From assembly GCA_014728295.1 (NCBI GenBank), contig WJLW01000081.1, positions 17,295-81,294 of the forward strand: a DNA stretch of 64,000 nt. The letters are read 5' to 3'. This DNA is from Chitinivibrionales bacterium (GTDB lineage Bacteria; Fibrobacterota; Chitinivibrionia; Chitinivibrionales; WJKA01). The translations under genes were made by a program, and so were the position numbers. Positions within the stretch are counted from its first letter, which is position 1. Each line of letters starts with the position of its first letter. Positions 10,821 to 19,447 of this stretch are shown piece by piece. Under the pieces are notes generated by a model that did no database searches, was not told the DNA's origin, and saw nothing but the letters and a program-made list of their open reading frames with translations.

Positions 10821-13800
10821 GCAGTTGTTTTCCCGCAGCATTTTTTATACTTCTTGCCGCTGCCGCACGGACACGGATCGTTGCGTCCTACCTGCTGTGG
10901 AGCCCGCACGGGTGCAGGCTTCCCGCCGCCGGCCCGATTGGTTATCATTCGGCGTTTTCTGGCCGCAGCGGGAACCGAACCGTCCGAAGCGGGAGCGCTA
11001 CCGGGCCCGGCGAATACGTTGTAGCTGTCATGCTCGGTCTGCGCTCGGTTAAGTCCCATGCGATCCTGCTGCTCGACGACGTCGTCATAGCGAAAGATGT
11101 TCATGGTTACCTGACGGGCAATAGTGCTGCGTAATTCCGCAAATGCATTGAGCGCTTCTTTCTGGTATTCGTACAGCGGATTCTTCTGAGCATACGAGCG
11201 GAACTGCACCCCCTGCTTGAGATGGTCCATTTCGTAGAGATGATCTTTCCACAGGTTGTCAATTACCATCAGAAAGATGCTGCGCTCAAGACTCCGCATG
11301 AACAATTCGCCGCGGCTCTGTTCGCGTTCGTCGTAGGCCTTTTTTATTTCGGCGCCAATATCATCGTACAACGACTCGATAGATTTGCTGCTCACCTGCT
11401 CTTCGGGAATACTATAGATGATTCCAAAGCCCGCCTGCAGGTCTACATAAAGATCTTTGAGATGCCATTGCTCGGCATATTTGCTGTCTTCGGTATGTCT
11501 GAGCACCAGCTCTTCGAGAAAGATGGATATCTGCTCCATGATCTTGTGCTTGATGTTTTCGCCGCGCAAAATCTGTTGCCGCAAACCGTAAATCTCGGTT
11601 CGCTGCAGGTTCATGACATCATCGTACTCTTTGAGGTGCTTACGCTGATCGAAGTTACGTCCTTCAACCCGCTTTTGAGCGGAACCGATGGATCGCGATA
11701 CCAGCGGATGCGAAATGGCCTCCCCATCCTCAGCGCCCAGGCGGTCCATGATGCCGACCAGCCGTTCAGAACCGAAGATACGCATGAGATCGTCGTCGAG
11801 CGAAAGAAAAAATTTTGACGAGCCGGGATCGCCCTGGCGTCCGGCGCGACCGCGCAACTGGTTGTCAATGCGCCGGGCTTCATGACGCTCGGTGCCAATG
11901 ATGTGCAATCCGCCCAGTTCTTTGACCTTCTTTTGCTCTTCCTGTAATTCGCGGAAGAGTTTGGCGTATCGCTCGCGCCTCTCTTCACGACTGAGATCGT
12001 CGGCTTCAATCCCCTCTTTTGCAAGCTCCTGGTTAACCATTGCCTCAAAGTTGCCGCCCAGGACAATGTCGGTGCCGCGGCCGGCCATGTTGGTGGCAAT
12101 CGTTACCCCACCGATGCGCCCCGCCTGCGCCACAATGTGCGCTTCCCGGCTGTGCTGCTTGGCATTGAGTACCGAATGCTGAACGCCGACTTGCGTAAGC
12201 TTCTTGCTGAGCACTTCGGATTTCTCAATAGAGGTCGTGCCCACCAGAACCGGTCGGCCTTCTTCATTCATATGGCTGATCTCATCTGCAATGGCCCCGA
12301 CTTTTTCTTTTTGCGTCTTGTAAATTTCATCATCGTAGTCTGTGCGCGCCAGCGGACGATTAGTGGGGATAGTAACAACATCAAGTTTGTAAATGTCATG
12401 AAATTCGCCGGCCTCGGTTGCCGCCGTACCGGTCATGCCGGCAATTTTGCGATACATCTTGAAAAAATTCTGAAACGTAATCGTTGCCAGAGTCTGGTTT
12501 TCACCGGCTACCCGGACACGTTCTTTGGCCTCCAGCGCCTGATGCAGTCCTTCGCTGTAACGTCGCCCGTGCAGGATACGGCCGGTAAATTCATCAACAA
12601 TCAGAATTTGGCCGTCCTGCACGACATAATCAACATCACGCTCAAACATCGAATAGGCGCGCAGCAATTGGCTCGCCGAATGAATACGCTCCGACTTATC
12701 GGTGTATTGACGCTGGGCGTCTTCCCGCAAAAGCTGGCTCTCTTCGGGGCCGACCGGCAGGTTGTTACCCACGCGCTCGAGCATCGCATTTTTCTGATTG
12801 ACGTCTACGGTTTGAATGGATTTCACATGCTCGAACAGACGTGCGCGTTCGTCGCTGTCAAATGCCGGGCAATGCCGCAAGGCGCGGGTGGCGATCTCCT
12901 TTGCCCCGGCTTTGATTCCTTTTGCCGCATCAAGCGCCTGTTTGATCTGTTTGGCTTCTGAAGGGGCCAGCCGATGGTTGTTCTTGAGGCGTTGCGTCAA
13001 TTGCGAGCGCTCACGGGATGAAAGCGTTTTTGCAGAATCTGAAACTATGTGCACGAGCGCTTCCTGATCTTGCTTGTCAAGACGGTCATACTTATGAAAG
13101 TAGCTAAGCAGGCTTTCCCTGAGATCGGCTGACAGGTTTGTCTCGGAAACGATGCGGTACAGCTCATCTTTTTCATTGCGGGAAACATCGGCAAACGATG
13201 CAATTGCATCGGCAATTCGCGCCAGCGCGACCTGGTCCCCGGCAGTTTCGCGCCGCAGCAGTTCGCAAAGTCGCTTGGGCTCATTCAATGTGGCGCTATC
13301 GTAGCTTTTCAGGCACTCCAGTGCCTCGTTTTTGTCTTCTTTTGACCAGTCGTAGTAGATGGATACTATCTTCTTCAGTTCAACCTTATCCTGCTCTTTG
13401 AGAGAAGCATCAATTTCTATTATATGGTTGAGCCCCGAATAGTAATCAGACGACAGCTTGGCATTGCCGGCCAACTTCGCTTCGACTTCGGCCTGTACCT
13501 TCTGGATTATCTTTGCCTGTGACTGAACGATTGAGGTGATTGTTTGCTTTTCATCGGCCGAAAGCGGTTGGAGCAAGGCCACGAGCGCTTCAAGCTTTTT
13601 GATGTCAATGACGGAAAGATTGTCGCACTTTTTTATAACCTGCTTGATTACAACATCTTTCTGCTTCTGTGTCAAAGTGGGTATAGCGTTTACTTTCTCG
13701 ACCAGATCGGTGCGCTTTTCTTCGGGATAGGGGCGTACGTCTTCGTCCAGGGCGTTGACTTTATCCATATAGGGGAGGGAAGAAAACGCATTATTCTGAA

Positions 13801-15559
13801 TCAGCTCCAATAGTTTGTCGAGCTGTTTTGCGGTAAGAATCTGATTCCTTTTCAATGCATCGACCAGGGTAGTTATCTGGCGCGAATCGGAATCCGGATC
13901 TTTATTCAGAATGTCAATGATTTCATTGCGCTCGGCAAGTGTCAAGGGGATATTTTTGGCGATAATTGCTTCGAATTCTTCCCGCTTCTGCGCGATCAGC
14001 AGATCTTTGTCCTTGATTTTCTCAAACAAATCACGGTAGGCCGCACTGCTGCCTGCATTAAAAATTTTATACAATTCCACAATTTCGGTTAAACGCTTTT
14101 TGCGCAGTTCATCGCCGGGACTTGAGCCATACAGGTAAGCGTCGATGTCGCACAACTCCGTACTTTCCTGCTGTGACAGCGGCTCTGACTGTTTGACAAA
14201 ATCGGCCAGTTTCTGCTTGTGGGTGTCGTTCAGCCCGCGATTTTCATCGATGATCTTCTGGATTTTTTCAACCATGTCATAGTTCAACGGCTCGTTGCTC
14301 TCAATCGAAGCAACTAGTGATTCACGCTCCTGCGGTGTCAAAACGTCAATGATTTGTGCAAATTCGAGCAGCTTGGCCTTCTGGCCAATGGAGACTACAT
14401 CATTTTTCGTCACGGCATTGAGTGTTTCGGCCAGGTCGGGTACCACAAAAAAGTATGGGTCAGATTCGCTGATCAGCCGACGCCCCTTTTCGGTCAGCTC
14501 GGCACTGTGTCCCGATTCGTCAATCGAAAAGAAGAGCTGCTCGTCAATCTCATGCAGCTTGCGTTCGCGCAGGTACTCGGCTTCCACCGATTTCATTATT
14601 TTGCCGATACCGGGCTCTTTGAGCAGATTGAGCAATGGCGGATATTTCGGAGAGCCGCGCCGAACAGCCAGGAGCTTCAAACCGGCTTCAAAATGCTTCT
14701 CTTCGTCATCAAGCAATTTCTGAGCTTCGTCAAAGAGCTTTTTGATCAGATTTTTCTGCGCGGAGACGGCCTTTTCAACACGCGGGCGTAGCTCTTCATA
14801 TTCCTTGTTCGATTTGGTCACCGGACCCGATATAATCAGGGGCGTCCGGGCTTCATCTACCAGAATGTTGTCCACTTCGTCAATTATCGCATAATTCAAC
14901 TCGCGCTGTACGCACTGGTCGGCCGAAAAAGCCATATTGTCACGCAGGTAGTCAAAGCCGAATTCATTATTGGTACCATAGGTAATGTCGCAATTGTATG
15001 CTTCCCGCCGCTCTTCACTGCTGGGCTCGGTATTGTCCAGACAGCCCACGGTAAGGCCGAGAAAGCTGAATATTTTTCCCATCCACTCACTGTCGCGCCG
15101 GGCCAGATAGTCATTGACCGTAATGACATGCACGCCGCGTCCTTCAAGCGCGTTGAGATAGGCGGCCAGGGTTGCAACCTGGGTTTTTCCTTCACCGGTT
15201 TTCATTTCAGCTATTTTGCCCTGGTGCAAAACAACGCCGCCCATGATCTGCACATCAAAATGCGCCATAAAGGGGATCTCTTTTTTGGTATAGGGATCCT
15301 TGACCACACGCCCTTCACCCAACACCCGATGCGTCACCTCGCGCACCACAGAAAAAGCTTCGGGCAAAATATCATCAAGCGTCTCTCCCTGCGTCAATCG
15401 CTGCCGGAATTCAGCGGTTTTGTCCTGAAGCTGCTCATCGGAGAGAGTATGCATGGTCTCAGGGAAACCATTAACGCGATCAAGCACAGGATTCAAACCC
15501 TTTACATCACGATCCTGTTTTGAACCGAATATCCTGCCGACTATATTCATCAAGCTCAT
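10817..15559 (-). CDS. secA: Preprotein translocase ATPase SecA carrying a very large insertion in the preprotein-binding domain (1580 aa)
   Basis: Walker A MKTGEGKTQVATL, DEAD-like IIDEVDNILVDEARTPLIISG, conserved RDVDYVV.DG.I.IVDEFTGR...GRRYSEGLHQALEAKE, TNMAGRGTDI, and C-terminal zinc finger CPCGSGKKYKKCCG. About 565 extra residues lie between aa ~386 and ~951. Confidence 0.97.
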   Translation of the reverse strand: MSLMNIVGRIFGSKQDRDVKGLNPVLDRVNGFPETMHTLSDEQLQDKTAEFRQRLTQGETLDDILPEAFSVVREVTHRVLGEGRVVKDPYTKKEIPFMAHFDVQIMGGVVLHQGKIAEMKTGEGKTQVATLAAYLNALEGRGVHVITVNDYLARRDSEWMGKIFSFLGLTVGCLDNTEPSSEERREAYNCDITYGTNNEFGFDYLRDNMAFSADQCVQRELNYAIIDEVDNILVDEARTPLIISGPVTKSNKEYEELRPRVEKAVSAQKNLIKKLFDEAQKLLDDEEKHFEAGLKLLAVRRGSPKYPPLLNLLKEPGIGKIMKSVEAEYLRERKLHEIDEQLFFSIDESGHSAELTEKGRRLISESDPYFFVVPDLAETLNAVTKNDVVSIGQKAKLLEFAQIIDVLTPQERESLVASIESNEPLNYDMVEKIQKIIDENRGLNDTHKQKLADFVKQSEPLSQQESTELCDIDAYLYGSSPGDELRKKRLTEIVELYKIFNAGSSAAYRDLFEKIKDKDLLIAQKREEFEAIIAKNIPLTLAERNEIIDILNKDPDSDSRQITTLVDALKRNQILTAKQLDKLLELIQNNAFSSLPYMDKVNALDEDVRPYPEEKRTDLVEKVNAIPTLTQKQKDVVIKQVIKKCDNLSVIDIKKLEALVALLQPLSADEKQTITSIVQSQAKIIQKVQAEVEAKLAGNAKLSSDYYSGLNHIIEIDASLKEQDKVELKKIVSIYYDWSKEDKNEALECLKSYDSATLNEPKRLCELLRRETAGDQVALARIADAIASFADVSRNEKDELYRIVSETNLSADLRESLLSYFHKYDRLDKQDQEALVHIVSDSAKTLSSRERSQLTQRLKNNHRLAPSEAKQIKQALDAAKGIKAGAKEIATRALRHCPAFDSDERARLFEHVKSIQTVDVNQKNAMLERVGNNLPVGPEESQLLREDAQRQYTDKSERIHSASQLLRAYSMFERDVDYVVQDGQILIVDEFTGRILHGRRYSEGLHQALEAKERVRVAGENQTLATITFQNFFKMYRKIAGMTGTAATEAGEFHDIYKLDVVTIPTNRPLARTDYDDEIYKTQKEKVGAIADEISHMNEEGRPVLVGTTSIEKSEVLSKKLTQVGVQHSVLNAKQHSREAHIVAQAGRIGGVTIATNMAGRGTDIVLGGNFEAMVNQELAKEGIEADDLSREERRERYAKLFRELQEEQKKVKELGGLHIIGTERHEARRIDNQLRGRAGRQGDPGSSKFFLSLDDDLMRIFGSERLVGIMDRLGAEDGEAISHPLVSRSIGSAQKRVEGRNFDQRKHLKEYDDVMNLQRTEIYGLRQQILRGENIKHKIMEQISIFLEELVLRHTEDSKYAEQWHLKDLYVDLQAGFGIIYSIPEEQVSSKSIESLYDDIGAEIKKAYDEREQSRGELFMRSLERSIFLMVIDNLWKDHLYEMDHLKQGVQFRSYAQKNPLYEYQKEALNAFAELRSTIARQVTMNIFRYDDVVEQQDRMGLNRAQTEHDSYNVFAGPGSAPASDGSVPAAARKRRMITNRAGGGKPAPVRAPQQVGRNDPCPCGSGKKYKKCCGKTTA

Positions 15560-15564
15560 GCGTG

Positions 15565-16146
15565 CTAATCCTTTTCTATGCGGAAGTCACTGAATTCGAT
15601 ATCGATCACGCGGCTTTCGCGTAGTACGTTATTGACTTCAGCAATCAGTTCCGGGCGGAGCGTTTTAATCAAAACGTCTTCCATTTTTTTCCTGCCTAGT
15701 ACGTTTTGCACCATCACTTTCATGTCTTCCCGCTTGAAAAGAAGCTCATTGCGGGATGACGTATCGTTATAAAATACGAAAAGTGACAGGTGAACCGTCA
15801 TTTCAGCATTATCAAGCAGCTTGCAGGAAATAGTATTAAGCTCGATGTGGGGTTTTTCGGAGGATATTACGGTTGCAGCGCCGGATGCAGAAGCTGCATT
15901 CTCGGGAACTTGCATGGCGTCTGAGGTAATTTCAGCAGGTTGAGCCGCATCGGTGTCAGACGATTCTGCGGAAGGCTGATAGACTCGGGAAAGGTGTTCT
16001 GTACCGGCAGTGGGCCCGGGTGAGCCGGGCTGACTGTTATTGCGAAATACCAGATAAGCAATGCCGCCCGTCACTGCTGCGATAATGACCAGCAGCCATA
16101 TCCGTGCGGTTGTTTTTTTCTTTGCAAGCCACGCCGAATCAGTCAT
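15565..16146 (-). CDS. Single-pass membrane protein with FliL-like C-terminal domain
   Basis: N-terminal TM (IWLLVIIAAVTGGIAYLVF). The C-terminal ~90 aa follow the FliL pattern (MTVHLSLFVFYND...LRPELIAEVNNVLRESRVIDIEFSDFRIE). Its stop lies 5 nt upstream of the secA start. Confidence 0.45.
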   Translation of the reverse strand: MTDSAWLAKKKTTARIWLLVIIAAVTGGIAYLVFRNNSQPGSPGPTAGTEHLSRVYQPSAESSDTDAAQPAEITSDAMQVPENAASASGAATVISSEKPHIELNTISCKLLDNAEMTVHLSLFVFYNDTSSRNELLFKREDMKVMVQNVLGRKKMEDVLIKTLRPELIAEVNNVLRESRVIDIEFSDFRIEKD

Positions 16147-16160
16147 CGATCAGGTTTCTA

Positions 16161-16484
16161 CTACTTTGCATCCATTATCCGGCAGGCAACCGGAACGCCC
16201 CGGGAATACTTTTCAACAACAGAATCCACTTCCGCCTGACTTTGCGGCGGTATTTTCAAAAACTGCAGCCCGATCCGGTAGCCGTCGGTTCTGTCGACCG
16301 AGTAGGCAACTTTTGCGGCCAGCAAAATGTCATTCAGGCTGACCGTCACCTGCGCCCCCTTGTTCAATGCCTTGTCGTAAAGGCAACAGACACCGGTGGT
16401 ACTCAAATCAAAGAAAGTGCGATTTTCGGTATCGGAGTTGAGCTGCTCGATCCGATCGCTGCCTCGTTCGTTCATGGAAGCCAT
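16161..16484 (-). CDS. PilZ domain protein (c-di-GMP receptor)
   Basis: RxxxR motif (RGSDR) followed by D/NxSxxG (DLSTTG). I chose the start at MASMNE (16484) because AAGGAG lies 7 nt upstream; the listed ORF extends to 16535. Confidence 0.7.
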   Translation of the reverse strand: MASMNERGSDRIEQLNSDTENRTFFDLSTTGVCCLYDKALNKGAQVTVSLNDILLAAKVAYSVDRTDGYRIGLQFLKIPPQSQAEVDSVVEKYSRGVPVACRIMDAK

Positions 16485-16566
16485 ACAGAGACTCCTTGAT
16501 GTTGCCGGTGAAAAATGTATAGATTCGGGTTGCACACGCGGCCAGCACGTCCGTCAACCCGCAAAA

Positions 16567-17628
16567 TCAGGAATTGCCTTCGAATGCAAAGGGATAAACC
16601 ACTTCCGTCGGTTCGGAAATCTGACACGAACCAAACTTCCAGCGGCGTACATAGCGCAGAAGATTTTGCTCGAATTTTGAATTATTCATGGTCGATTTCA
16701 CGATGGATACGTTTGAGACGGCACCCGAGGGCAGGATGGTAAACTTGATCTTGAGGGAACCGGACAGTCCCGGATCGCGTTTGAGCCAGTTCTCGTACAC
16801 GCGTTTGATGCGGGGTTTCTGCCGGTTGACAACCTTGCCGATGCAGGCCTGGCTGGTAACCGCGGCGCCGGATTCGGACTTAACTTCGGGAGGGTTGCTG
16901 CTCATAACCACATCGCCGCCGGTTGACGCAATTCTATCGCTGCGGGCTTTGCCCAACTCCTGCTTTTGAATACCGACACCGCTGGTCCGGGTGCCGCGCT
17001 TTTTTGTCAATTCTTCGGGATCGACATTTTTCGTAGCAAAGGTTCCTTTGGATACGGAAATACCGGATAAATCGCTTACCCCGCCCGTAGCCCCCAACAG
17101 ATCTGAGATGCCCGACGATCTGCCGCCGCCGGAACCGTCGGAAGCCGTAATCGCGGCAAAAATGCCGGTGGATTGCACCTGCGATGCTACCTCCCGGCGC
17201 TTAGCTCTGCGCTGCTCGGCACTGGCTGCTTTGCGTTCCTGCTTTTCGGCAAATGATTCTTTTTCCCGATCTAACTGCGGCTTGTCCTCTTCTTCTTGCT
17301 GCCGGGTCGCTTCGGCCTCGCTTTCTGCTGTTTGAGCAGCTTCCTCCTCAACTTCCTGCGGCTTGGATTTGGGCTGGTCCAGCACCAGCCTGGCATAACG
17401 CTCCTGGATTTTGAGGATATCCTTTTCGGTAGCCTCCCGAGGAACTTCACGGGCAGACATATAGCCAAAAAAACCGCACAGCACGAGCGCCGTAACCAGC
17501 AGGATTATCAGGAATCGTTTATCGAGCCCGCCCAGCAAACGGCCGCGAAACTGGTTCGGAAAGCTCTTCAGCGCCGCCGAAGTTCCCGAAGATTTCGCAT
17601 AAAAAATACCGGTTTGCTTAACGTTCAT
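16567..17628 (-). CDS. TonB / AgmX-PglI-type C-terminal domain energy-transducer-like protein
   Basis: N-terminal TM, E/K/Q-rich charged spacer rather than a Pro-rich one, a Gly/Ser-rich segment, and a TonB-C-like end (GSLKIKFTILPSGAVSNVSIVKST...LLRYVRRWKF). The start lies 2 nt after the ExbD stop. Confidence 0.65.
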   Translation of the reverse strand: MNVKQTGIFYAKSSGTSAALKSFPNQFRGRLLGGLDKRFLIILLVTALVLCGFFGYMSAREVPREATEKDILKIQERYARLVLDQPKSKPQEVEEEAAQTAESEAEATRQQEEEDKPQLDREKESFAEKQERKAASAEQRRAKRREVASQVQSTGIFAAITASDGSGGGRSSGISDLLGATGGVSDLSGISVSKGTFATKNVDPEELTKKRGTRTSGVGIQKQELGKARSDRIASTGGDVVMSSNPPEVKSESGAAVTSQACIGKVVNRQKPRIKRVYENWLKRDPGLSGSLKIKFTILPSGAVSNVSIVKSTMNNSKFEQNLLRYVRRWKFGSCQISEPTEVVYPFAFEGNS

Positions 17629-17630
17629 GC

Positions 17631-18134
17631 TCAGTCTTTTCTGTAAACTATCAGATTCATCACCGGATAACCGGCCTGTCCGCAGGTATACATGATGCGG
17701 GTCAGCACATTGTAGGGAATCTCGACATCTCCCTGAATCGTAATTTCACCCGAAAACTCTTTGCCGAATAGCTCCGCAGATTTACGAGCCTCCCCGGCAT
17801 GTTTCTGCAGCACCTCGTACAGGCTTTGAATCATGAAATCTTTCTGTTCCGTGATCGCTTCATAATCCTGTTTATCAACTACCAGAGCATCCTCAACGGC
17901 AATCTGGTTGCGCGAGATTTTGACACTGAGCGCCTGCCCGGTGGTGCGTTCGATGGAAGATGCGGGCAATGTCAAGCCCTCGGCGGGAGTGATAAGCTGG
18001 CCCTGAGTGGAAAAACTTTTGAGCAGGAAGACAAGAATAATAGTAAACATATCCATCATAGAGGTGATATTGAGCTTGGCGTCGCCTTCGCTGCGATTGC
18101 GGCGAGCCTGTCTGCCTGCACGCGGGAGCGCCAT
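17631..18134 (-). CDS. exbD: ExbD/TolR family biopolymer transport protein
   Basis: Signature INITSMMDMFTIILVFLL TM and a periplasmic ExbD fold-like end (ITIQGDVEIPYNVLTRIMYTCGQAGY). Its start overlaps the upstream stop (TAATG at 18132-18136). Confidence 0.85.
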   Translation of the reverse strand: MALPRAGRQARRNRSEGDAKLNITSMMDMFTIILVFLLKSFSTQGQLITPAEGLTLPASSIERTTGQALSVKISRNQIAVEDALVVDKQDYEAITEQKDFMIQSLYEVLQKHAGEARKSAELFGKEFSGEITIQGDVEIPYNVLTRIMYTCGQAGYPVMNLIVYRKD

Positions 18135-19441
18135 TACTGGATTATCCCTCCTGCCAGAGATACATTGGGAAACATGGTTACTTTGCCGTTGGGATCGGCA
18201 AATCCCCGGGCGGCATCCATTACCGAAACGACAACCTGATAGGGAATTTTGTCTTCGGCCACAATTTTGACGCTTTCATGATCTTCAAAGGCCGCAATGC
18301 CGGAGAAATCATTTTTGGCATAAGTCGTATAGAGTTTGATCAAGGAGGCGTCATCCGGGATACCGGGATGCATCGAACGGATAATTTGCAATAATGCCTG
18401 CCGTTTTACATCTGCAAGTTCCTTGTTCAACTGTGCGAAATCATACTCCCGGCCATTTTTCGGAATTTCGGCATGAGTATCGGATGCTTGCGCCGGCTCA
18501 GTTGCGGTACTGTCATCAGATTTGAAATAGTGAAAGAGGTTGAAGCCCTTTTCGGTGATGACGATTCCAAGATTCAGCTTTGCCTGCTGCGCTTTTTCAG
18601 ATGCGCCGCCGCCTCCGCCGCCGAGTTGTGATTTGGGCAGCTTCAACTCGATGGCGCCGATTTTGACAAATTCAGCCGAAGTCAGCAGAAGCGGAATGAG
18701 AATAACCATTAAATTCATCATGGGGGCGATGTTGGGTTCGGTATCGACTTCCTGTTTAAGTCGCCGGGAAGACACCTTGTAATTTTTTTGCATCATGTCA
18801 AAGGGCGTCAGCACCTTTAGCACCGAAACGGCATAGCGGTCAATCTCTTGCACGGCCCGGTCGATTTTGGCACGCAGCATCGAATAGACCAGTATGCACG
18901 GCACGCTGATCATCAGCCCCATCAGGGTTGTGTTCATTGCGGTGGATATTCCCGAGGCGAGCATGGATGATTTATCAACCGCCGCTACGTTCGGCTGGGC
19001 AACCGCGGCAAAAGATAATATGAGACCGTAAATCGTTCCCATAAGTCCAAGCAGCGTTGAAATATTTCCCAGCATCAGAAGAAAATCAACCCGCTTTTCC
19101 AGAATAGGAATCATGTGCATGGTCTCTTCTTCCATTGAGGAGCGAATCAACTGAGGCGTCTTGGCCGCGCGCTGCAGCCCCGACCCGATAATGCGCGGCA
19201 GAGCCCTGCGCTTGCCCGCCAGACAGAGCTGATAGGCTTCATCCATTTTGTGCTCTTCGATGAGCTGCTTAATTTTATCAGCAAAGGACGGTGCGTCCAC
19301 ATCGGTGCGACTGCGGATGTCAAAAAAGCGATCCAGTATCAACAGCGCCGCCAGCAGCGCGATGACCGCCAGAACCCACATAAAAACGAAACCGTCCTGG
19401 CCCGGTAGAAAAGCTGTTAGAAGCTCAGTGAAAAGATTCAT
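18134..19441 (-). CDS. MotA/TolQ/ExbB proton-channel protein fused to a C-terminal ExbD-like domain
   Basis: aa 1-~225 form an ExbB core (TLLGLMGTIYGLILSFAAV, MNTTLMGL). aa ~235-435 are ExbD-like (NIAPMMNLMVILIPLLL ... KIVAEDKIPYQVVVSVMDAA) and include a GGGGGG linker. Confidence 0.8.
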   Translation of the reverse strand: MNLFTELLTAFLPGQDGFVFMWVLAVIALLAALLILDRFFDIRSRTDVDAPSFADKIKQLIEEHKMDEAYQLCLAGKRRALPRIIGSGLQRAAKTPQLIRSSMEEETMHMIPILEKRVDFLLMLGNISTLLGLMGTIYGLILSFAAVAQPNVAAVDKSSMLASGISTAMNTTLMGLMISVPCILVYSMLRAKIDRAVQEIDRYAVSVLKVLTPFDMMQKNYKVSSRRLKQEVDTEPNIAPMMNLMVILIPLLLTSAEFVKIGAIELKLPKSQLGGGGGGASEKAQQAKLNLGIVITEKGFNLFHYFKSDDSTATEPAQASDTHAEIPKNGREYDFAQLNKELADVKRQALLQIIRSMHPGIPDDASLIKLYTTYAKNDFSGIAAFEDHESVKIVAEDKIPYQVVVSVMDAARGFADPNGKVTMFPNVSLAGGIIQ

Positions 19442-19447
19442 ACAAGA

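Noticed and set aside
11222-12961. Plus-strand ORFs of 198 aa and 274 aa, and several smaller ones, within secA
   Set aside because: They are antisense to SecA, whose conserved motifs span the region continuously. I found no RBS or domain evidence for them.
12710-14401. SecA insertion as an intein or an inserted mobile gene
   Set aside because: There are no intein splice-junction residues (Cys/Ser at the N-side, His-Asn plus Cys/Ser/Thr at the C-side) and no endonuclease motifs. The reading frame is continuous and the insert is a helical repeat region.
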